This document shows, piece after piece, positions 48,936 through 58,520 of a DNA stretch of 64,000 bases (position 1 is the first letter of the stretch; every line of letters starts with the position of its first letter). The notes beneath the pieces were generated by a model. The model saw only the letters and a program-made list of their open reading frames with translations. It did no database searches and had not been told where the DNA came from. The stretch lies in NCBI GenBank assembly GCA_041649025.1, contig JBAZNY010000001.1, positions 8,207 through 72,206 on the forward strand. Reading direction: 5' to 3'. Made by a program: the position numbers and the translations under genes. This DNA comes from Bdellovibrionales bacterium (GTDB lineage: Bacteria > Pseudomonadota > Alphaproteobacteria > UBA9219).

Positions 48936-51263
48936 ATGAAAAACCGTTTGGAAATTATTACTGAAGCCGTTTCTCGCGCCCTTAAGGATGGCACGTTATC
49001 GCCTGGACGGCCTCTTAACGTTCCACAGAAGGAAGCTCTTAAGGGGTATCTTGCTTTTTTATCATCGCCGAACAGTCCCGAAGACCTCAGCCGCGCTTAC
49101 GTCGACATGGCAACAGGCACCGGAAAGACCGGATTGTTCGCTGTCATAACGCGCTATGCCCATTTGGTTGCACAGGAGCGGGGACAAGGGGAACATTTCA
49201 AAACAATCATCGTCGAACCAACTACACTGCTTCTGGAGCAGACGAGGGACGAACTTGCAACGGTCATACCCGAACTCAAAGAGGATATCGGCATTTATGG
49301 CGGCGGAAGCAAAGAGCTTGGTCAGCCTATCACGATTATGACTTACGACGCGTGGGTTGAGCTTTTCGAAAGCGGCCAGATGCGCGCCGAAGATATCGGA
49401 CTGCATATTACGGACGAGGCTCATTATGGGCTATCTGTGCGTCGCCAGCAGCTCATGAATGATCGCATGGCAAACACTGTTCATTTTGGTGTGACGGCAA
49501 CGGCTGAATACGATCAGGAAAAGACGCTTGAACTGACTCATCGCAATATGGTGTATCACATCGGTATAAATGAGGCGATTGAACAGGGCTTTTTATCCGA
49601 ATATGCACATGTTCAGTATGCAATCATGCGCGTTGTACCGTCCTTGACCGATCCCGCGAGAACGGACATCGATAATAAAGAGAAATTGGTATTCAAGAAG
49701 CAGGAATGGTCTCGAATGGTGGTTAGTACCTATGCCACCATGGAAGACGGAATTAGCGGGCAACCACTCTCCGATAAGATTGCCATTTTCTTTGCTGCTG
49801 ACACCCGCCACGCCGATGATCTGGCTGAGGAACTGAATAAAAACGATGACCTTCAGAAGAAAGCTCGCGCCAACGGTTTTGATGGCGTGGCTATTTCGGT
49901 ACATTCAGTAGGCCATAGCAGCGCGGAACAGAACCGTCGGCTCGAAGCTTTTAAACAGGGCCGCTATATGGCCGTAGTGGGCGATCAAAAATTCAAGGAG
50001 GGTTTTAATTTTCCGCGGGTTAAGTTCATAGCAAGCTATCCCGGAAACTCTTTAGTCGATACTGTTCAAAAATTGGGGCGCGCCATGCGTTCGTGGACCG
50101 CCCCTCACACCTCAACGCCCCAGGGAACGGTTATTCTCGAAGCGATCCCCTACATCGGAGATACCGAGCCTGTACTGGATAAGAGATCGCGCAGCTTCGC
50201 AATGGCCCACTGCATTACGGCCTATGACATTCTCAAAGGGACGACGGTCCTTGCTCCTGGGCGAGAGGTTAGGCCATCCCAAAAAACCAGCGGACACAGA
50301 GAGCGGCTCCTTTCCCCAACCTGTACGGTTGAAGTATTCACGACAGATGAAGAAACATTGACCATAAGCCAGCAAATTGATGGTGCTCGGGCTATAGACC
50401 GCACTCCGCTTACGGAAGAGATGATTGCTGAGCTTAAGAACAAAATTGCCGAACATGGCGGCTGGGGAGCTGATTGGTTAGCCAAAGCGGTCGCTCAATA
50501 CGAGCGAGACAACAATCTTCAAGACAGCGGTTTGACGGACGGCAAAATAGTCACCCTTATAAACGGGCAATTGAAAACGTTTGACGCCGAACAATGGAAA
50601 AGGCTGAACGACACCTTGGATTCAATTCCGAAGAGTTCGCTCAATCTGAAGCTCAGACACGCGGGTTCCGGTTCAGGCAAGGTGTGGACCGTTGACAAGA
50701 CAGAAAAGACCCTCCTTTTTGAAAAACAAGACAGCATTTCGCAAAATGAAAGAACGCGGTTCTTTTGGGCAATGATGCTGATGAACCTCGGTGCAGATAT
50801 AACGACAAATCGTGCATCATTATTTTCTCCGCTACGGCCCTCTGAAGGATATTTGGTATCTGCATTTGCGCAGGTCTATCTAGCTTATTGGAAAGCCGCT
50901 CAGCCAAAAAATATTTCCTATCGCTCGGGTCTTCCGACAGACCTAATCATCGATAACTATCCGGAAATGGGAGAGCTTTTTGATGCCTATGCGAAAGCGG
51001 TTATGCGAAGAGGAAAACGAAACGACACAAGACTCGCACTAGGCACAAAGGCCATTCAATCTGGAATGAAGTTTTTGGAGGACTTTCGCTCTTCTTATTC
51101 TTTGGAGATATTCAAGGCGCTCGAAGAAGAATGGATTCAAAAGATTAAAACCCCTGTGGATCAAGCAATCATGCAGACTGTAGATGCAGAATGGGGCGCT
51201 GCGTCAGGCCTCCAGGATCCCATGGCGAATTCTACATCTCTCGTTGTTCCATCGCCGCCATAA
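48936..51263 (+). CDS. SF2 (DEAH-type, ResIII-like) helicase-domain protein with an unassigned C-terminal domain of about 390 aa
   Basis: Motif I DMATGTGKTG, Ia IIVEPTTLLLEQT, II ITDEAH, III TATAEY, a V-like block AVVGDQKFKEGFNFPRVKF and VI QKLGRAMR. The C-terminal half has no motif I can recognise. It is the only gene in the islet. Confidence 0.75.
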   Translation: MKNRLEIITEAVSRALKDGTLSPGRPLNVPQKEALKGYLAFLSSPNSPEDLSRAYVDMATGTGKTGLFAVITRYAHLVAQERGQGEHFKTIIVEPTTLLLEQTRDELATVIPELKEDIGIYGGGSKELGQPITIMTYDAWVELFESGQMRAEDIGLHITDEAHYGLSVRRQQLMNDRMANTVHFGVTATAEYDQEKTLELTHRNMVYHIGINEAIEQGFLSEYAHVQYAIMRVVPSLTDPARTDIDNKEKLVFKKQEWSRMVVSTYATMEDGISGQPLSDKIAIFFAADTRHADDLAEELNKNDDLQKKARANGFDGVAISVHSVGHSSAEQNRRLEAFKQGRYMAVVGDQKFKEGFNFPRVKFIASYPGNSLVDTVQKLGRAMRSWTAPHTSTPQGTVILEAIPYIGDTEPVLDKRSRSFAMAHCITAYDILKGTTVLAPGREVRPSQKTSGHRERLLSPTCTVEVFTTDEETLTISQQIDGARAIDRTPLTEEMIAELKNKIAEHGGWGADWLAKAVAQYERDNNLQDSGLTDGKIVTLINGQLKTFDAEQWKRLNDTLDSIPKSSLNLKLRHAGSGSGKVWTVDKTEKTLLFEKQDSISQNERTRFFWAMMLMNLGADITTNRASLFSPLRPSEGYLVSAFAQVYLAYWKAAQPKNISYRSGLPTDLIIDNYPEMGELFDAYAKAVMRRGKRNDTRLALGTKAIQSGMKFLEDFRSSYSLEIFKALEEEWIQKIKTPVDQAIMQTVDAEWGAASGLQDPMANSTSLVVPSPP

Positions 51264-51309
51264 ATTTATTATCCGACCGCTCGGCAGGGGTGGTTTGCGC
51301 GCCAATTCA

Positions 51310-51460
51310 GCCTATAGCTTGAGTCACAGGCTATAGGTTGAGAAAAGGGCCGAATAGACAGCTTATAGTTCAAAAAAAACACGAATATTCAAACTATAGT
51401 TCAAGAAAATCGGAAAATACCGATTTTAATAAATGCCAAAAAACTCAGGCTATAACCTTA
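51310..51460. repeat. Block of five iteron-like 12-mers (YTATAGNTYRAR) in direct orientation
   Basis: CTATAGCTTGAG (51312), CTATAGGTTGAG (51331), TTATAGTTCAAA (51363), CTATAGTTCAAG (51394) and the degenerate CTATAACCTTAG (51450), in AT-rich DNA between the helicase gene and the right repeat. Coordinates are ±1. Confidence 0.5.
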
Positions 51461-51552
51461 GGCAAATTCTAGGGACACGTGTAAAACTCTGGGAGAAAAT
51501 AATCGTGGACTGACGGGAGCAAAAGCAAAGAAGTCGCTTGAGAAGATAGAAA

Positions 51553-51669
51553 TGACAACGAATGCTTACTCCACGTCTCCCAATCTCTTTTCGAGATTCG
51601 AGAAGCGCGTAAACTGGCCGTCAAAGTGCAGTTCGATTGTCCCAATGGGGCCGTGGCGTTGTTTGGCCA
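51553..51669 (-). repeat. Right (attR-like) direct repeat, the functional 3' end of dnaB
   Basis: The same 45-nt core is followed by the genuine dnaB coding sequence. Similarity to the left copy extends about 12 nt beyond the stop. Coordinates are ±1. Confidence 0.8.
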
Positions 51670-53071
51670 CGAGAATTTCCGCAATGTTTTTGACTTCCTC
51701 GCCGCGCGACATCCAACGGCTATAACGGTCATTAAACCGGCCTTCGTCTTCATCTTGTCGGCGGCTCGGTTCGCTGCGCGCATGATAATATTCTTCGCGG
51801 TAGACAAACATCACGACGTCGGCGTCCTGTTCGATGGAGCCGGATTCACGTAAGTCCGCCAATTGAGGCTTTTTGTCTTCGCGCATTTCAACGGCGCGGG
51901 ATAGCTGCGATAGAGCAAGTACAGGAACATCCAATTCCTTGGCTAACGCTTTGAGACTACGGGTAATTTCAGATACTTCCTGTACGCGGTTTTCCTCGCG
52001 CCTAGTCCCTGTTCCGCGCAGCAATTGCAGGTAATCAATGATAATAAGGCCTAAATTGGGAACCATACGCTTAAGTCTCCGTGCGCGTGTGCGTAAGGCG
52101 GCGACGGAAAGGCCAGGTGTATCGTCGATATAGAGAGGCACGCGCGATAAGATCTGTGATGCTTCGACAAATTTCGTGAAGTCCTCGGTTTTGATTTCTC
52201 CACGGCGGATTTTATCGGAAGGCACGCTGGAAAAATCGCCTAATAAGCGCGTTGCTAATTGTTCGCTCGACATTTCAAGAGAGAAAAAAGCAACACCCGA
52301 TCCTTCGCGTCCCTCGCTTTTAAAATAAGCATGAGCGGCATTAAAGGCCATGTTGGTAGCCAACGCGGTCTTACCCATCGACGGGCGTCCAGCTAAAATA
52401 ACCAGATCTGAACGCTGCAAACCGCCCATCATGCGATCCATGCTGGTAAAGCCCGTCGTGACGCCTGTGATATGGTTGTCGCGTCGATGAGCTTCTTCGG
52501 CAAGCTTGATGGAAACGAATAACGCTTTTTCAAGTTTAACAAAACCACGATCGGTTTCGCCCGTGCGTGCCAGTTCGAACAATTTGGCTTCTGCGGATTC
52601 GATCTGCGATGATGCCGGCTTTTCGAGATCTTGCTGGAAAGCCTCGTTGACGACATCGGTTCCAAGCGATATCAACTGACGGCGCAGATGGAGGTCGTGG
52701 ATCAGGTGCGCGTAATCTTCGACGTTAAAAATCGTAACGACATTGGCGGCCAGATCGACGAGATAGTTTGCGCCGCCGACCGCTGCGAGGGCGGGATCAT
52801 TTTCGAACAAGCCGCGCAATGTCTTGGGATCCGCAATTTGACCGCGATTGATGAGTGTCGCAATCGCGCCATAAATACGGCCATGAACGGGATCGTAAAA
52901 ATGATCTTGTTCAAGAAACTCGCATATTTTTTCATGAACGACGTTGTTGACAAGCAAAGCGCCCAGTAAAGCCTGTTCGGCCTCAATGTTGTGTGGAGGT
53001 GTACGAACGGCGCCAATGGCGTCAGAAGACGAAACGGCGCGCAAAGCTGGAAGATTGGATGAATTTGCCAT
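51566..53071 (-). CDS. dnaB: Replicative DNA helicase DnaB
   Basis: N-terminal domain, Walker A GRPSMGKTALATN, Walker B and RecA-fold motifs (...LIIIDYLQLL...). At 501 aa it has no intein. Confidence 0.95.
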   Translation of the reverse strand: MANSSNLPALRAVSSSDAIGAVRTPPHNIEAEQALLGALLVNNVVHEKICEFLEQDHFYDPVHGRIYGAIATLINRGQIADPKTLRGLFENDPALAAVGGANYLVDLAANVVTIFNVEDYAHLIHDLHLRRQLISLGTDVVNEAFQQDLEKPASSQIESAEAKLFELARTGETDRGFVKLEKALFVSIKLAEEAHRRDNHITGVTTGFTSMDRMMGGLQRSDLVILAGRPSMGKTALATNMAFNAAHAYFKSEGREGSGVAFFSLEMSSEQLATRLLGDFSSVPSDKIRRGEIKTEDFTKFVEASQILSRVPLYIDDTPGLSVAALRTRARRLKRMVPNLGLIIIDYLQLLRGTGTRREENRVQEVSEITRSLKALAKELDVPVLALSQLSRAVEMREDKKPQLADLRESGSIEQDADVVMFVYREEYYHARSEPSRRQDEDEGRFNDRYSRWMSRGEEVKNIAEILVAKQRHGPIGTIELHFDGQFTRFSNLEKRLGDVE

Positions 53072-53117
53072 GAAGGGATGCTAACAGATAAAACACCCTA
53101 TGTTACAACAATCAGCC

Positions 53118-53135
53118 TGTGGATTATGTGGATAA
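53118..53135. promoter_or_regulatory. Tandem DnaA boxes (TGTGGATTA and TGTGGATAA) in the divergent dnaB/mfd promoter region
   Basis: The two 9-mers are directly abutting. The second is a perfect complement of TTATCCACA and the first has one mismatch. They lie about 50 bp upstream of the dnaB ATG. Confidence 0.4.
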
Positions 53136-53192
53136 CGGGGGCAGTTTGAATGCCATTGAAATTTTATGGTAAATGGATAAAGGTCTCGCCAA

Positions 53193-56100
53193 ATGTTTAC
53201 CGCCGACTGGAATATTGACACAAAAGACCGCAGGACGCTTGCCGGAGCGCCTGAAGGCCATGACGCGCGACTGCTAGCTGAAATCGCAGACCGAAGCATG
53301 GGTGTACCGGTTCTCTATGTAGCACAGGACGATACTCGAGCGGCTGTGATGGCCGATACTTTGGCCTTTTTCGCGCCACATTGCGAAATTGTGCCTTTTC
53401 CTGCGTGGGATTGCCTCCCTTATGACCGCGTATCTCCGCATACCGATATTGTGGGTCAAAGAATTGAAGCTCTGAGCAGGTTGCGGAAGGGTTTTAAACA
53501 ACCCTGCGTTGTTATCGCCACAATTAACGCAATTACTCAAAAGACATTGCCACCGGATATTCTGGAACAATCCAGTTTAGATATTGCCGTTGGTGATTCT
53601 TTACCTCTCGAGAAAATACGCGGTTTTCTGGCACAGAATGGTTATGTAAACGCTGGAACGGTTCGCGAGGCAGGAGAGTGTGCCGTGCGGGGCGGAATCG
53701 TCGATTTGTTTCCATCAGGATATGAAGCGCCTTTGCGCCTCGATTTCTTTGGCGATGAAATAGAGAACATCCGCGTTTTTGATCCTCTAACGCAAACGAC
53801 AACCGATAAAATCGACCGGTTTCATTTGAATCCGAGCGTTGAAGTAATTTTAAGCGAAACATCAATCGCACATTTTCGTTCATCCTACCGCGCGTTGTTT
53901 GGTGCGGTGACGGACGGAGATGCCCTTTACGAATCCGTGACGCAAGGTAAAAGATTTTCGGGCGTTGAGCATTGGCTTGGGCTTTTCTACCCTCGTCTTT
54001 TTAGTTTGTTTGAATATTTGCCGGAAGCGCCAGTAGTTTTTGATCACCAATCATTTGAGGCCATAACATCGCGTCTTCAGCAGATCGATGATTTTTATCA
54101 GGCACGCCTTTCCCTTTATGACGCTACGAAGCGGGCTAAAAAGAAAGCAGATGGAGTTTTTTACAAGCCTGCGCCTGTTGAAAGTATTTATCTATCGCAA
54201 GCAGCGCTTGAAAGATCGCTTGAGGGCAGGGCTGTCTCTACATTGTCGCCGTTTGCGTCCGTTGATTCTTCAACCCTCAACTGTCAAGGTCAGCGTGGAC
54301 GTGATTTTGCTTCCGCACGTGCCGCACAGAAGGAAAAAGACCTATATAGCGAAGTCCAAACATATATTGCCGATCAGCAAAAACATAACCGTCGTGTTGC
54401 GCTTGCCTGCTACAGCCAAGGCTCCGCAGATCGCATGGCCGGTCTTCTCCGTGCGCACGGAATCTCGGCTCAAACTCAAGTGCCAAGTTATGAAGCGTTG
54501 CGGAAGCTTGATACAAAGCTTGTCGGGTTAATTATTATTGGGCTTGAACACGGCTTTATATCGCCTGATCTCGCTGTGCTTACCGAGCAGGATATTCTCG
54601 GCGACCGTTTGGTTCGTCCGCCGATAAAACGCCATGCAGCCAAACAATTTCAGCTTGAGCTTGGGTCGCTCAATCCGGGGGATTTTGTCGTTCATGCCGA
54701 ACATGGCATAGGGCGCTATGAAGGATTGGAGCGCTTATCTGTTCTTGGATTGTCGCATGATTGCGTGAAATTGATTTATGATGGCGGCGACAAGTTGTTT
54801 GTGCCTGTTGAAAATTTAGACCTTTTGACACGCTACGGCGGAGAAGAGTCCGGCGCCGTTTTGGATAGACTCGGCGGATTAGGCTGGCAGCAGCGCAAAT
54901 CACGCGTTAAGAAGCGGCTTAAAGATATGGCCGAAGCCCTGATGAAAATCGCTGCCGAACGTGAGATAAAAAAAGGCGAAGTCATCGATGTTCCGGAAGG
55001 AAGCTATCAAGAATTTGCTGCACATTTTCCCTATTCCGAAACTGAAGATCAGGAACGCGCCATTTCCGATGTGCTTGCTGATTTATCAAGCGGCAAGCCA
55101 ATGGACAGACTTGTTTGCGGCGATGTCGGTTTTGGAAAAACCGAAGTTGCCCTAAGGGCGGCCTTTGTTTCTGTGCAGTCTGGGCTTCAGGTCGCCATTG
55201 TTGTTCCGACGACGCTTTTGGCGCGGCAGCATTTCAATAATTTTACAGATCGTTTTCGAGGGTTTCCCATTCGCATCGCTCAATTATCGCGCATGATATC
55301 GGCCTCTGAGGCCAAACGCGTTAAGGAGGATATGAAAGAAGGACGCGTCGATATAGTCATTGGAACTCACGCGCTTTTAGGTAAAGAAATTAGCTTCCGT
55401 GCCCTTGGTCTTATGATTATCGACGAGGAACAGCATTTCGGCGTAAAGCAGAAGGAGCGGCTTAAAGAGCTACGCTCCGAAGTGCATGTGTTGACGCTAA
55501 CTGCAACGCCCATTCCGCGAACTCTGCAATTAGCCCTTGCGGGAGTGCGCGAGCTAAGCCTTATTGCCACGCCGCCTCTTGATCGTCTCTCGGTACGAAC
55601 CTTCGTCTTACCCTACGATCCATTGGTTATTCGCGAAGCGATCATGCGCGAACATTTCCGTGGGGGACAGTCCTTTTATGTCTGCCCATATATCGAGGAT
55701 TTGGCATCTGTTGCCCAAAAACTACGAGAACTTGTTCCTGAGGTTAAAATCGTCAGTGCACACGGGCGAATGAATGCGACCCAATTAGAAGACATCATGA
55801 CCGCTTTTGATGCTCGGCAATTTGATGTGCTGTTGGCGACAAATATCGTCGAATCCGGGCTTGATATTCCAAATGCCAATACGATTATTCTCCATCGAGC
55901 CGACAGATTTGGTTTGGCGGGGCTTTATCAACTTCGTGGGCGGGTAGGGCGCGGTAAACTTAGGGGGTACGCGTATCTAACCTATGACCCGGAAAAAGCG
56001 TTATCGAAAACGGCTCAGCAGCGGCTTGAGATTATTCAGACGTTGGAACAGCTCGGCGCGGGATTCCAACTTGCAAGCCACGATATGGATATTCGCGGCG

Positions 56101-56681
56101 CAGGCAATTTGCTTGGTGAAGAGCAGTCAGGACATGTACGCGAAGTCGGGGTCGAGCTTTATCAACAAATGCTTGAAGACGCTGTTATTGCAGCGCGGGC
56201 GGGAGGGGGCGACGCTACAGGAGCGCCGGATCGTTGGACTCCTCAAATTAACCTTGGTCTGTCCGTGCTTATTCCCGAAACGTACGTTGTCGATCTTAAC
56301 GTGAGACTTGGTTTGTATCGTCGCTTAGCCGAAATAGCAGACGATGCTGAAATTGAATCTTTGGCGGCCGAAATGATCGACCGTTTTGGCCCCCTGCCTA
56401 CTGAGGTTGAAAACCTTCTGCAAACGGTGGCAATCAAACAGATTTGCCGTAAGGCAGGGGTTGCGAAAGTCGATGCTGCGGCAAAAGGCGCGATAATAAC
56501 TTTATATAAAGACACCTTCAGCCACCCCGAACGTCTAATGGCGTGGATTAGCAAGAACGTGGGAACGGTTGCCGTGCGGCCGGATCAAAAACTGGTTGTC
56601 ATGCGAGCATGGGATGACCCGACACGCAGACTGGAAGGAGTCAAAAAACTCCTTGGCGAATTAGCCGCAATGGCCGCCTAA
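53193..56681 (+). CDS. mfd: Transcription-repair coupling factor
   Basis: It is 1162 aa with a UvrB-homology N-region, an RNAP-interaction domain, the SF2 translocase (GDVGFGKTEVALRAAF, DEEQHFG) and a TRG motif. Confidence 0.95.
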   Translation: MFTADWNIDTKDRRTLAGAPEGHDARLLAEIADRSMGVPVLYVAQDDTRAAVMADTLAFFAPHCEIVPFPAWDCLPYDRVSPHTDIVGQRIEALSRLRKGFKQPCVVIATINAITQKTLPPDILEQSSLDIAVGDSLPLEKIRGFLAQNGYVNAGTVREAGECAVRGGIVDLFPSGYEAPLRLDFFGDEIENIRVFDPLTQTTTDKIDRFHLNPSVEVILSETSIAHFRSSYRALFGAVTDGDALYESVTQGKRFSGVEHWLGLFYPRLFSLFEYLPEAPVVFDHQSFEAITSRLQQIDDFYQARLSLYDATKRAKKKADGVFYKPAPVESIYLSQAALERSLEGRAVSTLSPFASVDSSTLNCQGQRGRDFASARAAQKEKDLYSEVQTYIADQQKHNRRVALACYSQGSADRMAGLLRAHGISAQTQVPSYEALRKLDTKLVGLIIIGLEHGFISPDLAVLTEQDILGDRLVRPPIKRHAAKQFQLELGSLNPGDFVVHAEHGIGRYEGLERLSVLGLSHDCVKLIYDGGDKLFVPVENLDLLTRYGGEESGAVLDRLGGLGWQQRKSRVKKRLKDMAEALMKIAAEREIKKGEVIDVPEGSYQEFAAHFPYSETEDQERAISDVLADLSSGKPMDRLVCGDVGFGKTEVALRAAFVSVQSGLQVAIVVPTTLLARQHFNNFTDRFRGFPIRIAQLSRMISASEAKRVKEDMKEGRVDIVIGTHALLGKEISFRALGLMIIDEEQHFGVKQKERLKELRSEVHVLTLTATPIPRTLQLALAGVRELSLIATPPLDRLSVRTFVLPYDPLVIREAIMREHFRGGQSFYVCPYIEDLASVAQKLRELVPEVKIVSAHGRMNATQLEDIMTAFDARQFDVLLATNIVESGLDIPNANTIILHRADRFGLAGLYQLRGRVGRGKLRGYAYLTYDPEKALSKTAQQRLEIIQTLEQLGAGFQLASHDMDIRGAGNLLGEEQSGHVREVGVELYQQMLEDAVIAARAGGGDATGAPDRWTPQINLGLSVLIPETYVVDLNVRLGLYRRLAEIADDAEIESLAAEMIDRFGPLPTEVENLLQTVAIKQICRKAGVAKVDAAAKGAIITLYKDTFSHPERLMAWISKNVGTVAVRPDQKLVVMRAWDDPTRRLEGVKKLLGELAAMAA

Positions 56682-56685
56682 AGCA

Positions 56686-58362
56686 TTATCCTTTACGAAC
56701 GCCGGCTATAAAGTCCTCAACGACCTTACGCAACGTTTCGGACTCATGTGCCAACTGACCGGCAGTATCGAGCAATTGCCCCGATGCCGTACCGGTCTCA
56801 GAAGCAGCTCGCGTAACGCCCGCAATGTTCCGTGTTACTTCCTTCGTTCCCTGTGCCGTCTCCTGAATGCTCCGGGAGATTTCCTTAGTGGCAGTGCCTT
56901 GCTCTTCGATGGCTGCGGCAATAGCCGTAGAGATCTCATTGATGCGGCGGATGGTTGACGTAATCGTTTCGATGGTTCCTACCGCTTGACCCGTCTGAGT
57001 TTGAATTTCCCCGATCTGCTGCGTGATGTCTTTGGCGGCGTGGCTAACCTGATTTGCCAGACTCTTGACTTCGTTGGCGACGACAGCAAACCCGCGTCCT
57101 GCATCACCAGCACGGGCAGCCTCGATCGTCGCATTGAGCGCAAGAAGATTGACTTGGCTTGCGATGCTTTCGATCAACTTTACGACATTGCCGATGTCTT
57201 CGGCGGACTTGCTCAGCGATTTCATCACCTTGCCCGTTGATTCCGCTTCCGTCATACATTCGGCTGCGACCTTGACGGAATCGCCGATCTGACGGTTGAT
57301 TTCTCCGATAGATGCGTTGAGTTCTTCAGAAGCAGAAGCAACAGTTTGGATGTTTGTCGATGACTCTTCTGCAGCGGAAGCTACGGCGGACGATTGACTG
57401 CTCGTTTCCTCCGCAATGGCCGACATAGACTTTGCGCTGCTTTGCATCTCTGTAGCTGCGGCTGAGACGGTGTTGACAACCCCTTTCACACTGCTGTCAA
57501 AGTCATCCGCCATCTTATTCATAAGCTTACGACGCTCTTCCGCCGCGCGTTTTTCCTGTTCTTTTTGCTCTTTCTCCATAGCCTCCATTTTGATGGCATT
57601 GGATTTGAATGTCTCTAAAGCGCGCGCTAAGCCACCAATTTCATCTTTATTTTTTGTAAAGCGGACTTCAATGGTCTTATCGCCGCCGGCCAACTTGTCC
57701 ATGCCCTTGGTAATAATACCAAGAGGTACGGTGATGCCCCGGCTGATGGCGAGAGCTCCGCCGCCGATTGACAGAAAGAGAACCAACGCAATGCCACCCA
57801 TAATTTTTACATTCCGCATAAACTCGGCATCGACATCATCGACATAAATGCCTGTGCCGATGCCCAAACCCCAAGCGGAATATGGTGCGACATAGCTAAT
57901 TTTGGGGACGGGGGGCTTATCGGCATCGCGTTTCCACATATAACCACCGAAAGAACCGCCTTTTTGCAGATCGTCAACGAAACTTTTGACGAAAGCAAAT
58001 CCGTTGGCGTCCTTTGCATCAATATGGTTCTCCCCAGCCCACTTCGGATGAGCAAGAAAGGTGCCCGTGGAGTCGAGAACAAACACATAGTTACTATTGT
58101 TATCGTACTTCATGCCGCCAACAGCTAACAATGCGCGCTTTTTTGCATCCTCCTCCGTGAATTCACCCTTTTGAAAGCGCTTATAATATGAATCGATAAT
58201 GCCAACCGCAGTTTCGACAGTTACCTTAGTCTGGGACTGACGATCACGAAGCAGGTTATCCTTCAAATTAATCAGCCCGATCACACCGATTGCTGACATA
58301 CCAATAAGCATTGCAACGACAATCAACAACAGACGTTGGCTAATCTTCAGGTTGCTTAGCAT
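56686..58362 (-). CDS. Methyl-accepting chemotaxis protein with a Cache-like periplasmic sensor
   Basis: TM, a Cache-like block (...YVDDVDAEF...), a second TM, HAMP, and the MA domain with the highly conserved ...[30 protein letters not shown]...; 558 aa. Confidence 0.9.
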   Translation of the reverse strand: MLSNLKISQRLLLIVVAMLIGMSAIGVIGLINLKDNLLRDRQSQTKVTVETAVGIIDSYYKRFQKGEFTEEDAKKRALLAVGGMKYDNNSNYVFVLDSTGTFLAHPKWAGENHIDAKDANGFAFVKSFVDDLQKGGSFGGYMWKRDADKPPVPKISYVAPYSAWGLGIGTGIYVDDVDAEFMRNVKIMGGIALVLFLSIGGGALAISRGITVPLGIITKGMDKLAGGDKTIEVRFTKNKDEIGGLARALETFKSNAIKMEAMEKEQKEQEKRAAEERRKLMNKMADDFDSSVKGVVNTVSAAATEMQSSAKSMSAIAEETSSQSSAVASAAEESSTNIQTVASASEELNASIGEINRQIGDSVKVAAECMTEAESTGKVMKSLSKSAEDIGNVVKLIESIASQVNLLALNATIEAARAGDAGRGFAVVANEVKSLANQVSHAAKDITQQIGEIQTQTGQAVGTIETITSTIRRINEISTAIAAAIEEQGTATKEISRSIQETAQGTKEVTRNIAGVTRAASETGTASGQLLDTAGQLAHESETLRKVVEDFIAGVRKG

Positions 58363-58520
58363 TTGGATCTCCCACTAAAAGTTGCATTGTTGAGGTTGAA
58401 AACCACGACGCATACACCCGTAACCGTCTGAAAATACCGGAGAATCAGACTTGTTAACCAAAACACGATTCGCAATTTCGGAAATCTAGAATCTTATAAA
58501 AGGAATCGTTTGGTGAGAAT

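Larger units (their letters stand above)
48633..51565. mobile_element. Putative integrated islet (about 2.9 kb) at the dnaB 3' end, bounded by dnaB-3'-end direct repeats; it has no integrase (CIME-like or degraded element)
   Basis: Direct repeats with an identical core and diverged arms flank a single cargo gene and an iteron-like block, which is the architecture of an integrative element that targets and regenerates the 3' end of a protein gene. Confidence 0.5.

Noticed and set aside
48575-51669. The dnaB-end duplication as an assembly artefact or recent tandem duplication
   Set aside because: The two copies differ at 10 of about 44 positions beyond the identical core and encode different amino acids. 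That fits an element-borne homologous segment, not a collapsed or duplicated read.
51469-51807. 112-aa ORF overlapping the dnaB 3' end
   Set aside because: It is out of frame with the dnaB terminus on the same strand. dnaB is fully supported.
51566-53071. Possible intein in dnaB, a common intein host
   Set aside because: dnaB is 501 aa with contiguous helicase motifs and no insertion, so it has no intein.
57416-57847. 143-aa Ala/Ser-rich ORF antisense to the MCP signalling domain
   Set aside because: It is the mirror image of the MCP heptad repeats and is not an independent gene.
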